From: Octopus vulgaris
Lineage: Eukaryota
Assembly (NCBI GenBank): GCA_951406725.2
Contig: OX597816.1
Span: forward strand, 23,498,001 to 23,562,000
Reading direction: 5' to 3'
DNA: 64,000 nucleotides
Positions 13,986 through 26,265 of this stretch are shown here, in pieces. The notes beneath the pieces are model-generated. The model saw only the letters and a list, made by a program, of their open reading frames with translations, did not search any database and was not told the origin of the DNA. Within the stretch, counting starts at the first letter, position 1; each line of letters starts with the position of its first letter. A program made the translations under genes and the position numbers.

Positions 13986-14028
13986 CTTCCACTCGTGCGG
14001 TACCTTTCAACTTCACTTTGATATTTAT

Positions 14029-14076
<48 letters not shown>

Positions 14077-14118
14077 ATATTTTGGAATGGTCATATCTTG
14101 CACAACAAATATTTAAAC

Positions 14119-14170
<52 letters not shown>

Positions 14171-14189
14171 ATGTATACATATATATATC

Positions 14190-14625
14190 TAATGTAGGAT
14201 AAACTTTTTTTCGAAAAAAATTTTATCAATGGCCAGCATATTAAAAAATACCTTTAAAGGTTAAATTATAAACAACTTATAAATATCGCACGTATCTTAA
14301 ATGGGCTGGAGTATTTCTATTTTGGATGTATTTGGTGTACTTAGTTGTGGTCATGACTTAGTGTTTGCTTCTTCCATGGGTATGAGTAATTATCTCATTT
14401 ACTTCTTTACCACATGTATCACTGACGAAGGGAGGGTTCTTTTTGAACTAACCCTGAAATCGGTCCGATATGGTAATAATTGAATTTTTTAGAGATTTCC
14501 GTCGACCTTTTATCGAGTAGCGTGCCCACTGGGAAAAAAAATATATGGTAAATGGACAATATGTCCAATTTTCGGCATATTTGGCATTAGAAATTTTTTC
14601 GTTTGCCCTTATTTATAAGTTGTTT
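14190..14625. mobile_element. (TA)n-flanked HHR family A element (inverted tail plus forward body)
   Basis: Homologous to 520-955; (TA)n both sides; contains the HHR at 14407-14476. Confidence 0.7.
14407..14476 (+). ncRNA. type I hammerhead ribozyme motif (minimal stem III)
   Basis: TTACCA..TATC-a-CTGACGA-AGGG..GGTTC/GAACT..CCCT-GAAA-TCGG-TC-c-GATA-TGGTAA; one mismatch at the base of helix I. Confidence 0.7.
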
Positions 14626-14741
14626 ATATATATATATATATATATATAAGCTAAATTAAAATATATGTTTATATGCGCACACAAATAAATGTAGTGAAGC
14701 GTATGTACGTAAGCATACAAATACAATATGTATGTGAATGT

Positions 14742-15008
14742 GAGGGCGTGTGGCCCAGTGGTTAGGCTGTTGCACTAACGGTCACTAGATCGTAGGTTGG
14801 ATTCCCAAACCGGGCGGCGCGTTGTGATCTTGAACAAAACACTTCATTTCACATTGCTCCATTCTCCCTTCGAACAAGGGGGCACTGTTTTCCTGCTCGC
14901 CTACCCAGCGGGGTGGCGTCATTTGATGGCTAAAACGATGCTAAGTGCATTGAGACTAGAGATGTGTAACAGCATCCGATAGTCTGGTCGGTCACGGGAT
15001 CACGTGAT
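14742..15008 (+). mobile_element. tRNA-derived SINE (family D)
   Basis: A box TGGCCCAGTGG, B-box-like GGTTGGATTCCC, body cttgaacaaaacacttcatttcacattgctcca shared with 55330-55545. Confidence 0.75.
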
Positions 15009-15303
15009 GTATGTGAATATATGCACCCAGTTTCTGCCTTTAAACCAACAGATTATAATGAAAAATCTGCGTGTGTGCGCGCGAGTTTGTGTATATATAG
15101 AAATAACGAAATATGTTTTCATTTATATATGCATAGATTTGACAAAAAATCAGTTGCAGGCAGAGGCTTCTTGATAATTTTAGTAACTTCTATGCTGAAG
15201 TAGAAGCAACATGTTCTTTGTCTATCTCCTTAACTTCTTGGAGATTTTAGGTATAATTATACTAATGTCTCCATCTGTTCTAATTTAATTAAATTCTGTC
15301 TTT

Positions 15304-15392
15304 GTGCAGCTGAAGATTGGTCTACATTTTAAATTGATGTAAGGATTGCATTGTTCAATTAAATGGAGTTGCATGAAACGATCGTACTGCAT
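15304..15392 (+). ncRNA. type I hammerhead ribozyme, intact core, long stem II
   Basis: GTGCAG-CTGAAGA-T-TG..ACATTT..AATTGA/TCAATT..AAATG..CA-T-GAAA-CGATCG-TA-CTGCAT: 6-bp helix I, complete core, palindromic stem III, GUA cleavage triplet. Confidence 0.8.
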
Positions 15393-15704
15393 TAGCTCTG
15401 AATATCTTTGTTGCTTATTTTGATTTTAATCACCTTACTTTGAAATTGTATGGATAATACCGTACTAAATTCTGGTGCCTCAACTTAAGTACCATATTCA
15501 TCTGAATCTAAATTTTTGCTATAAATAGATTTGTAGAGTTTTGAGATTTTCTTTTTCTTTTACTAGACTATTGTTGTATGAAAAGTGTGGTCATCTGTTA
15601 ATACTTAACGTAAGAACGGGTGAAATGCCGCTAAGCATTTTGTCCGGCGCAGTTCTGTCATCTTGTCTCTTTAATCTGGTAGAATATATTAAAAATGAAT
15701 AAAT

Positions 15705-16272
15705 TTGGGTTGTCCGGAAAGTTCGTGCCGATTTATAGTAGCTTAAATTTCGACTTATTTTAGAACATGGTTGAGTTCATAAAATAGGATTTGACTACAC
15801 CTCCATTTAGAGCACAGTTTAATCTATCTTTTTGTGGAAGAAGGTTTATATTCCTATAACCTTTATTAATTCTGTAACCCTTTAAAATAGAAGATAAGAA
15901 AGTTCATTTTCGGCACTTGATGCTTTGGGAACCAGACAAAAATTGATGCAGCTCGGCTTAGATGTGTTACCCCACCCTCCATATTCACCAGATATTGCTC
16001 TTTCGGATTTTCACTTATTCAGGTCTGTGCAGAATAGTGTTAATGGTAAAAATTTCAATTCCTTGGATGACGTAAAAAGATACATTGATGAATTTTTTGC
16101 CATGAAACCACCTCTATTCTGGGAAGAGGGTATTTTCAAGTTAAAGGAAAGATGGAGACGCATTGTGCAACAAAATGGTTCATATATCTGGTTGATTAAA
16201 AATGTAATGGCAAGTATTTATTGACCTTTTTCTTTCTTTTAAAAATCGGCACGAACTTTCCGGGCAACCCAA
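15705..16272 (+). mobile_element. internally deleted mariner transposon
   Basis: TIRs TTGGGTTGTCCGGAAAGTTCGTGCCGATTT / AAATCGGCACGAACTTTCCGGGCAACCCAA|TA; N-terminal EDKKVHFRHLMLW fused to C-terminal LPHPPYSPDIALSDFHLF..LKERWRRIVQQNGSY (ORF 15925-16224). Confidence 0.93.
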
Positions 16273-16321
16273 TAGTTGCGAATATGAGCGACAAAAAGTA
16301 GTAGATGCTTCCGTGCGTGAG

Positions 16322-16591
16322 AGAGATTTAAGTATTATTACAGACAGATATCGGGGGATGAGTTGGCGAATAACAATGAAACGACTCCGTCAAGCCATTT
16401 ATTAATTTTTCAAATTATTAATGGAGCAATCATTTAGCTAATTCCTTATTAGGTTAAGAGATTTAAGTATTATTACAGACAGATATCGGGGGATGAGGTG
16501 GCGAATAACAATGAAAGGACTCCGTCAAGCCATTTATTAATTTTTCAAATTATTAATGGAGCAATCATTTAGCTAATTCCTTATTAGGTTA
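16322..16591. repeat. 135-bp tandem duplication
   Basis: 16322-16456 repeated at 16457-16591 with about 2 substitutions. Confidence 0.95.
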
Positions 16592-16799
16592 ACTAATAAG
16601 GTTATTGGTTAACTACTACTACTTGTAGAGTAAGTAGCAGTAAGAGGTAGGAGCTATAATAGAAAGCACTTGCTCGAAGAGGGATTGAACCCAGAAACAG
16701 ACGGTTGCAAAGCGGGTTTCTTAACCACACAACCATCAAATTTTTTAACAAGCTTTGATTGGTTAACCGGTAATCATTTCATAGTGACACATCACCAAC

Positions 16800-17100
16800 G
16801 AATTTTAGTTTGGTTTTTGATACATGCCCTGATGCTCAGCCTGTTAAATCCGTCAAGAACTTTTGTATCGACAGCCATCCTCTTCCATGCTCTATCAACC
16901 GTATGAGATAATTCTACTGAAAATGTTCATATAATCTCCCGTGTCTCTCATTCGTTGTGCATACCACACAGGCAAAGAAGTTGTAATGTAAATAACACAA
17001 GCCTCATAAACATTCAACTTATGACTGCCGTACATCGCATTGAGACCACACTTCAGATACCACCATGCCGAAGGCCCACAATGACTCTATTCGTTGAAAT
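16800..17100 (-). pseudogene. decayed RTE-like LINE C-terminal fragment
   Basis: Frame-shifted minus-strand translation WAFG..EVWSQCDVRQS/KLNVYEACVI..AWKRMAVDTKVL resembles the RTE post-RT region. Confidence 0.45.
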
Positions 17101-17359
17101 CTGAATTACCGCGGAGAAAGTAAGGAAACGAGAAAATATTCTATGGTAAACGAACTTCTCATTGAAAAGCAGTTTCATGCGACAAGTAAATATAGTTGTC
17201 AGAGCAAAGATTCCTGATGAGAGAACACATCAATTTTCATTTAGATAACGTTACAGTGAATATATAGTTACAGTGCATGCAACCGAAATCCTATATGTTC
17301 TTTTCCACATTTCTTTCCCCTTCTCTATGTCTATCTCTCTCTCCTTCTGTGACTATATA

Positions 17360-17645
17360 AATATATATATATATTGGTAAAAACAGTAAGATAACAAAAG
17401 AATGAAAGGGACCTCAATATTATGTAAATAGAGGAAATTATCTGTAAATATAATATGTGACAATTATTCGGTAGCCAAGAAAAAACTCTGCGCTTCGGAT
17501 TCCGAGGTGGAAATTCACACCAGCATCTCTTCAGAAATGGCCAGATAACTGAAGAGATGGTGGTGTGGATTTCCACCTCGGCATCCGAAAGTCAGGGTTT
17601 TATCTTGGCTACCGAATAATTGTCACATATTATATTTGCAGATAT
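17360..17645. mobile_element. (TA)n-flanked fold-back with HHR-like cores on both arms (family C)
   Basis: 17439-17534 inverted with 17549-17644; CTGAAGA-GATG..CATC-C-GAA(A/G) on each strand next to the axis. Confidence 0.6.
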
Positions 17646-17771
17646 ATATATGTGTGTGTGTGTGTGTGTGTATGTGTGTGTGTGTGTGTGTGTGCGTTTG
17701 TGTGTGCATGTGTGTGTATGTTTGTACGTATGTATATATGTATATATATATATTTTTATAATTATATTTTT

Positions 17772-18160
17772 TTACTCGTTTCAGTCAACTGACAACGGTT
17801 ATGATGGAGCACCGCCTTTTAGTCGAGCAAATCGACCCCTGGACTTATTCTTTGTAAGCCTGGTGCTTATTCTATCGGTCTCCTCTGTAAGACCGCTAAG
17901 TTACGGGGACGTAAACACACCAACATCAGTTGTCAAGTGATGTTGGGAGGACAAACACAGATATAACCAAACACACACGCACACATATATACATATATAC
18001 GACGGGTTTCTTTCAGTTTCCGTCTACCAAATCTACTCACAAGGTTTTGTTCTGCCCGTGGCTATAGTAGAACACATTTGCCCAAGGTGAATGCAGGGGA
18101 ACTGAACGCGGAACCATGTGGCTGAGAAGCAACCTACTTACCACGCAGCCCCGCCTGCGC
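17772..18160 (-). mobile_element. SINE family A
   Basis: Reverse complement of the family A consensus, full length. Confidence 0.9.
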
Positions 18161-18210
18161 CTGCCACATCAACGCTTGCCACACAGCCACGCATGCGCAC
18201 AATTATACTC

Positions 18211-18387
18211 ATAAAGTTTATATTAAGGGCAACTGCCGAGTACTTCTACAGGCCATGCCACATGCCAAAAGAAGCCACACTATCTTAAGTATCGGATAAA
18301 CACGCACCGTGATATTTAAGGTAGTTTAGCGCCATTTGGCGTCTTCTTCTAGCATGTAGCTAGGTGCCCTTAATATAAATTTTATAG
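18211..18387. mobile_element. MITE-like element with about 24-bp terminal inverted repeats
   Basis: ATAAAGTTTATATTAAGGGCA..TGCCCTTAATATAAATTTTAT. Confidence 0.5.
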
Positions 18388-18805
18388 ATGCAGGAGTGAC
18401 TGTGTGGTAAGTAGCTCCCTTACCAACCACATGGTTCCGGGTTCAATCCCACTGCATGTTACCTTGGGCAAGTGTCATCTACTATAACTTCGGGCTGAAC
18501 AAAGCCTTGTGGATGGATTTGGTAGACGGAAGCTGAAAGAAGCTCGTCGTATATATGTATATATATATGTATGTGTGTATATATGTTTGTGTGTCTGTGT
18601 TCCTCCGCCCCAACATCGCTTGACAATCGATGGTAGTGTGTTTACGTCCCCGTAACTAAGCGGTTCGGCAAAAGACCGAGAGAATAAGTACTAGGCTTCC
18701 AAAGCGTAGGTCCTGGGGTCGATTTGCTCGACTAAAGGCGATACTCCAGCATGGCCGCAATCAATTGACTGAAACAAGTAAAACAATAAAACAGTAAAAC
18801 AGTAA
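18388..18805 (+). mobile_element. SINE family A
   Basis: Full length: gcaggagtgactgtgtggtaag..ggttcaatccc..cagcatggccgc..gactgaaacaagtaaaa. Confidence 0.92.
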
Positions 18806-18922
18806 TTATAATTATAAAATGATATACTCTATTAATTCGTTATTACATGCTTACTACCCGATAAAATCATATATAGATTTTTTTCCTTAATTTTAATTAA
18901 TATATATCTATGCATATATATG

Positions 18923-18983
<61 letters not shown>

Positions 18984-19299
18984 ATGTATGTATGTATGTA
19001 TGTATGTATGTATGTATGTATGTATGTATGAGTATATATATGTATGTGCATATTGTTCGACTAAATCCCTCCAAACCGGTGACTCAGCATTGCCGGATCA
19101 AATGACTGAAACAAGTAAAATAAAGAAAGCACATCTAATACTTTTAACATCAACAGCAGTTTTTGTAGAGGAATCCTCAGCATCTTTACAGACAATAGAA
19201 ACTTCTGGTACAAAACACTGGAGAAAAGCAGGGATTAATTTGAACGGATTAATTTGAACTCCAAGTCTGAAATAATTCGCTCTAAATGGAAGCAAAACC

Positions 19300-19830
19300 T
19301 ATCTCCATTATGTAATCAGCTATAATCCTTCATTGACACTTACTGAACAATGTGACATGGCCAAGAGCTTCTTAAATACCTACATTTCTTCGTAGATCAT
19401 AAATATAACAAATTATTCACACGGAAAGACTTTACAGTTAGCTAGAGTAGCATAAATAATATGACAAAGATCATAGCAGCAAATGTCCTAAATTATGCTA
19501 CATCGTTGTGAAATGTCAATAGAAGAGAAACTGCAACAGTAAAAGTAAGGAGCTATGTCTTCAGATGATTTATCAAAAAAATGGATCTACTGAGCTATAC
19601 CCTAAAACAAACATTGAAAGAGTTGAACGAAGCTTAATGAATAGTTTTGGAAAGCACATTTCACTTTTTAGCAAAAGGATTTCTACAGTGTTATTAAGAT
19701 ATATTTGGCATTTTAAAGATATTGTTAGTAGTTTTTAGATTATCAGCCATCATTTATAAATACTAAACCTACTCTAAATTCTGTGACTCAAGTGATAAAA
19801 AGATAAGCAAAACATTGCATTCCCTTAGGG
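19300..19830 (+). pseudogene. decayed Penelope-like element ORF (region between RT and GIY-YIG)
   Basis: YNPSLTLTEQCDMAKSFL then, after a frameshift, HFFVDHKYNKLFTRKDFTVS*SSINNMTKIIAA; resembles the PLE motif FNPP..IGK.FL..HFP..H.LHKIFNRNT.K.SYSCM.NM..II. Confidence 0.55.
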
Positions 19831-20177
19831 TTTTCTAACTTGTTAAACGGTAGATTAGATCTCATATCAGAACGTTGCTATGGAAAACGGTTCAATCCAT
19901 CAAATCCTAACAAAACCATTATTCCAGAATAAAGAGCGAAAAGCACAACCCGCCTTCGAGTACGCATAAATATAAAATGTGAATATAGAAATATTTGCGT
20001 GTCCATATGGGTGCGTATATGTATATTTAGATATATTAGTATGTGTGTATACATGCATTTGTCTGGAGAAGTATGTTCTCATGTATGTAATTATATTCAT
20101 ATGCATAGCGTCCATTTATGTGCGTATATACAGTTCCATTCAAGCATGTCTATGTGTGTATACAGACTTGAAAAACC

Positions 20178-20215
<38 letters not shown>

Positions 20216-20217
<2 letters not shown>

Positions 20218-21380
20218 AGTAATAAGAGAGAGTCCACATGTGGTCACTCTAACGCTAGATATAGATCCGCAATGTGAATCCACCACTAAAGAATTGTTCT
20301 CGAGAATTAATTCAATACGCCAAGAATGTAAGCGAGCAGGACAAATGAAAAATAACGAAAAAATAGATTAACTCTATACAATTGTTTAATCGTTAATAGA
20401 TTGTGTAATTTTACTTACGTAATCATTTTCGAATCGTCAGTAGAGTATATCAAAAAAATATAATTTGCTGAACCGAACGCCAAAATCCACACGAAGCCAA
20501 ACAAAGGCGAACGGCACAGCTGATTATATTTCCAGTTACGTTCAAATATCCTCATTCTGGCGCGTTAAAAAAACGGATGTAAATACTACCCCAGTAATTT
20601 ACTGCCGGTTTGAGAACATACTAATTTATAACTAAAATCACAATAAGGGTGAAAAAAATTGAATATTAATAAATAACATTAATCTAAAACACCAAGTGGC
20701 CTAGCGTATAAAAAGACTGGGATACAGTAAAAATTATTAATACAATAAGAGAGAGTCCACATGTGGTCACTCTAACGCTAATAATTTTTACTGTATCCCA
20801 GTCATTTTATACGCTAGGCCACTTGGTGTTTTAAATTAATGTTATTTATTAATATTCAATTTTTTTCACCCTTATTGTGATTTTGATTATAAATTAATAT
20901 GTTCTCAAACCGGCAGTAAATTACTGGGGTAGTATTTACATCCGTGTTTTTAACGCGCCAGAATGAGGATATTTGAACGTAACTGGAAATATAATCGGCT
21001 GTGCCGTCGCCTTCGTTCGGCTTCGTGTGGATTTTGGCGTTCGGTTCAGCAAATTATATTTTTTTGATATACTCTACTGACGATTCGAAAATGATTACGT
21101 AAGTAAAATTACACAACCTATTAACGATGAAACGATTGTATAGAGTTAATCTATTTTTTCGTTATTTTTCATTTGCCTGCTCGCTTACTTTCTTGGCGTG
21201 TTGAATTAATTCTTGAGAACAATTCTTTACAAATCTAGCGTTAGAGTGACCACATGTGGACTCATTCTTATTACTTGTATTAATAATTTTTACTGTATCT
21301 CAGTCTTTTTATACGCTAGGCCACATGGTGTTTTAAATTAATGTTATTTATTAATATTCAATTTTTTTACCCTTATTGTG

Positions 21381-21386
<6 letters not shown>
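20216..21386. mobile_element. ~523-bp HHR-bearing unit in partial tandem plus inverted partial tandem, in (TA)n (retrozyme/PLE-like)
   Basis: Unit start aataagagagagtccac at 20221 and 20744; 20779-21280 is the reverse complement of the unit and restarts at 21281; (TA)n at both ends; related copy at 61946-62220. Confidence 0.8.
21071..21146 (+). ncRNA. type I hammerhead ribozyme motif
   Basis: ACTCTA-CTGACGA-T-TCG..CGA-T-GAAA-CGATTG-TA-TAGAGT; the mirror copy at 20371-20446 (-) has CAATTG but GAAA>TAAA. Confidence 0.75.
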
Positions 21387-21421
<35 letters not shown>

Positions 21422-21435
21422 ATATATATATATAT

Positions 21436-21734
21436 AGATTCAGATGAATAAGGTACTTATGTTAAAAGAATTTTTGATTATAATCAAAATAAGCAACAAT
21501 GATATCCAAGGTAGTGTAGTACAATCGTTTCATGCTACTTCATTTTATTAAATACTGTAAGTATTACCTCAGTTTTAAAATGTCGAGCAATCTTCAGCCA
21601 CATATAGAATTTTTTAATTAAGCGGATTGCTCGATAGTTTAAAACAGAGGTGATACTTACAGTATTTAATAAAATGAAGTGACATGAAACGATTGTACTA
21701 CACTACCTTGGATATCATTGTTGCGTATTTTGAT

Positions 21735-21738
<4 letters not shown>
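21436..21738. mobile_element. (TA)n-flanked fold-back of the 15304 HHR family
   Basis: 21478-21592 inverted with 21625-21738; shares the 3' tail aagtacc.tattcatctgaatcta with 15487-15510. Confidence 0.75.
21515..21602 (-). ncRNA. type I hammerhead ribozyme motif
   Basis: Minus strand TGTGG-CTGAAGA-T-TGCT..AGCA-T-GAAA-CGATTG-TA-CTACA. Confidence 0.75.
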
Positions 21739-21769
<31 letters not shown>

Positions 21770-22182
21770 GAGTGGGTGTGTGTTAAGTAGCTTGCTTACC
21801 AACCAAATGGTTCCGGGTTCAGTCCCACTGCGTGGCATTTTCGGTAACTGTTTTCTATTATAGCCTCGAGCCGAACAAATCCTTGTGAGTGGATTTGGTA
21901 GACTGAAACTGGAAGAAGCCCCTCGTATATGTATATGTACGTGGGTGTATGTGTGTTATATGTTTGCGTGTCCGTGTTTGTCCCCCCCCCCCAATACCGC
22001 TTGACAACCAATGCTGGTGTGTTTACGTCCCCGTAACTTAGCGGTTCGGCAAAAAGGATTCCGATGGAATAAGTACTAGACTTACAAAGAATAAGCTCTC
22101 GGGTCGATTTGCTGGACTAAAAGGCGGTGCTCCAGCATGGCCGCAGTCAAATGACTGAAACATGTAAAAGATAAAAGAGTAA
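21770..22182 (+). mobile_element. SINE family A
   Basis: Match to the family A consensus. Confidence 0.92.
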
Positions 22183-22269
22183 CAGAGATATATATACGGA
22201 TAGCTTCTTCCAACTTTTGTATATATGAGCATACCTGTATGTGTGTATATGAGCATACCTGTTTGTGTG

Positions 22270-22332
<63 letters not shown>

Positions 22333-22399
22333 ACGTATGTGTGTGCACACACACGCATACATACAGACAAGGAAATCTTAAACCATTTTATGGACCCCT

Positions 22400-22670
22400 G
22401 TACATCGACCCCAGTACGCAACTGGTACTTATTTTTACCGACCCGGAAAGGATGAAAGGCAAAGTGGACCTCGGCGAAGTTTGAACTCAGCACGTAAAAA
22501 CAGACAAAAATGCCGGAAAGCATTTTATCCGGTCTGCTAACCGTTCTGCCAGCTCACCACCTTATGTAGTTGTATATAATAAGTACCAGTTGGACATAAG
22601 AGCCGATGTAATCGATTAATTCCTTCTTCCAGAGAATTGCTGGCCTTGTGACAAAATTTGGAACCATAAT
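22400..22670. mobile_element. SINE family B (22400-22563, minus) plus plus-strand tail fragment
   Basis: Match to the family B consensus. Confidence 0.85.
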
Positions 22671-23438
22671 TAGAAGTAATATACCCTGTCGTAAATGAAT
22701 ACGGTGCCTGTGCAGGATGATTATCGATTTCCATGGCACAGCATTTTGATACTCAAACGATATAAATAGATTTATGTCAAGAGCATCGATGTATTGTTAA
22801 AAGACACATTTTGAATGAGGCTAAGTGGGGAAGACGGAAGATGGAAGGAGGAAAATCTTGAGTGCAGTGTACTGTTTGTAAAGGAAAACAAGAATACTTA
22901 CTTCATATATAATAATAAAATTTACATGACAATATACAGATGTCTCTGTGTGTGTGAGTAGATGTTTTAAAGAAGAAAAAAAAAACAGCAACGTGCTGGT
23001 TTTGATGCATAAAGCAAAACCGAAAGTGAGAAAATATATTTACATATATATATTTTTTTTTCAAATGTAAATATACATTTACAATTTCATCCTACTTTAC
23101 GCATGACTAAAACGAAAGAAAAATCTAAATAGAGAATTTACATAAAACTTATGTAAATTCTGTTGTACTTACTCAATTGAATTGATCGAGAATTTATTAG
23201 TGTAGGTCTTAAACCATTTTCCGAGTGATTCTTCACCGGAACACAACGAGCAATCATAAACGCACAACATAGACACACACATATACACACTACACTGACA
23301 TACAGATAGATATATAGATATATACACACATATATACATATACATACACATATATAACATACATATAAGAATGCGTATAGCTATATACGCATATACCGTA
23401 TGTGTGTATATGAGCATACCTGTTTGTGTGTATGTATG

Positions 23439-23499
<61 letters not shown>

Positions 23500-24250
23500 G
23501 TGTGTGTGTGTTTGTGTGAGTGAATGTGTGTGTACTCACACGCATACATACTGACAAAGAAATGTACTTATGTACCCATGTCGTACATAAATATGTTCAT
23601 AAATATACACAGACATATATGTATATGGGTATGTATGTATATATATATATATATATATAATATATATGTACGTATGTATGTGTCTCTGTGTGTGTGTAGA
23701 TATAATCATATATATATATATATATATACACACGCATACACACACATGTATATGTGTGTGTCCACATATATGTGTGTGAGTGTGTGTGTACGTACATACG
23801 TAAATATTATATTTCTCTATTTGTATGACTATATATGCGTGTATGTGCGTTATGAGTGAGCGTGTGTGTCGGTCAATATATATACACAAGCTATTGTATA
23901 GTCTAGGCTCGAATCATAATATGAAGGTTTGAAAAGCTTGTAAAATAAAACTAATAAAACCAGTTGATGTGAAACGTGTGTAAAAATGTTTTATTTCTGA
24001 ATCAAGTAATGAAGTACATATCAATTTGATTTTCTTCTAGACCATATATAATAAAAATGTCATCAAACTACTTCCTTTGTTAACCTGGCTATTGAATAGG
24101 TCTGAATAGAGACTTTTTCACATATGTTTTATGTGCATATATGTTAATAAGTGTGTTTATATGAATTTCTGTATGTACGTATGTATGTATGCATGTATGC
24201 AAGCATTATATATATATTTATTAGTATTAGCATGATTTGATAAATACAAG

Positions 24251-24282
<32 letters not shown>

Positions 24283-24339
24283 GATTGATAGATAGATAGA
24301 TAGATAGACATATAGACAGATAGATAAATAGATAGATAT

Positions 24340-24385
<46 letters not shown>

Positions 24386-24519
24386 GGATAGATCCTAATA
24401 TATATAAGAATATATATAACACTTTATATATACTATATTTAGATGTAAATATTAGGTATATATGTATATATGTATATATAGAGAGAGATAGATATGCATG
24501 TACATTTTTTTTTTTTTTT

Positions 24520-24570
<51 letters not shown>

Positions 24571-24751
24571 TACATATATATTTAAGCATATATATGTTGG
24601 CATATACATCTATTTAAGCATATATATATATGCATATATATATATATATTTAAGCATATATATGTGTGTATATATATATGTACATATATATACACATATA
24701 TACTTCTATATACATAAGCATCCATATATATATATATGTATATGTATATAC

Positions 24752-24814
<63 letters not shown>

Positions 24815-26198
24815 GAATATATGCGCCGATGCGACTCTGTATGAATGTACTTATTCGTGAAAATGGTATTTTTATCTCTCCCGTTGTCCACATAATACTG
24901 GGAAGTAAACATAAAGCGAACTTTCAAACCTAGTTAAATTTTAGTATTCTGTTTTGTTGTCTGCTTTAGTCATCATTTTTAATTGTCCGGTTTGATATCC
25001 TTCGTAACTCTGCCTCTTGATTGAGAATAAAAACTGAGTTTTCTTTACTGCAAAATACAATATCATTTTTCTTCTCGTATCGTTTTCCGTCTCGCAGGAC
25101 TATTTACTTATTGTCTGGAATAGGTTTACATATTTTTACCTTTAGTTCGATTCCAGTGAAGCTTAAATATTCCCTGTTGTACTTATGAAAATATGTTTTT
25201 ATTCTGCATAATTTCAGACGTCGAGAGTAACTTCAAATTATGGTAAAAGCAAGCGTTCTTCTATAATGTTCTATCGTTGCAATTTTTCCTTTTGTCTGTA
25301 GATGCACTTCTCAATATCCGTATATTTCAGTCATTGATAATTATATTTCCAGTACTTAAGAGAATCTGAATAAATACTGAAGTTTTCAAAGCTATGTATG
25401 TGACAAAGCTATTCGTAACAAAAAATAATATAATGTAGGCACAATATATTAATAATGATTTAAACAACAAACTAATATTATTTCAAAACGAGTTAAATAA
25501 AGACCTGTCTTTCTTATATTTCAACAATCTAATAGTACAAACCTTTTTTATCAGCTTGACAGAAATATATATACTAGGTTATTAATACACGATAGAGCAT
25601 AAAACTGGTTTTCGAATATCGAGCATCAAATGATGGAGCGAAAGATTTCTCTATAAAATCAGAAATAGAATATTGTATTTAACGCTTAAGGACCACAACC
25701 TCCAATGCGCCCGAAAAACCCTGACGTTTAAGCAACATGCTGAGTGGTCAAAACCGTATTCGAAAAATTCAGTTTCTCGGAGCCTTCTTAAAGGTATAAA
25801 AAGGGAGCAGTCAGTCATTTTACTACAGTTGTCAAGAACTCAACTCAACTGTCAGTCAATGCATTTTGAAATCTGATGATTACCACGAACGTATGAAAGT
25901 GCTAATTGAACTTTATGAACTTTACTAAGTAGAACGCTGATTCGAAGTCTATACATTCAGTCTACATTGAAACTGTAAAAAACTGTTAACTTTTCTAGAG
26001 ATTTATCATTTAAAAATATATGAGCATGTCTAGATATGCAACATACAAATCTTCACATATACATTCATACAAAAATGCGCTGTTTTTGATGTTAAAATTC
26101 CAATGAAAGAGCCTTAGATGTGAGTCAAAAACCGGTTCTTTCTCTATTTTCAAGAAATCCTGAAATAGAATTGAATAATTACATATATACATACATAT

Positions 26199-26265
<67 letters not shown>

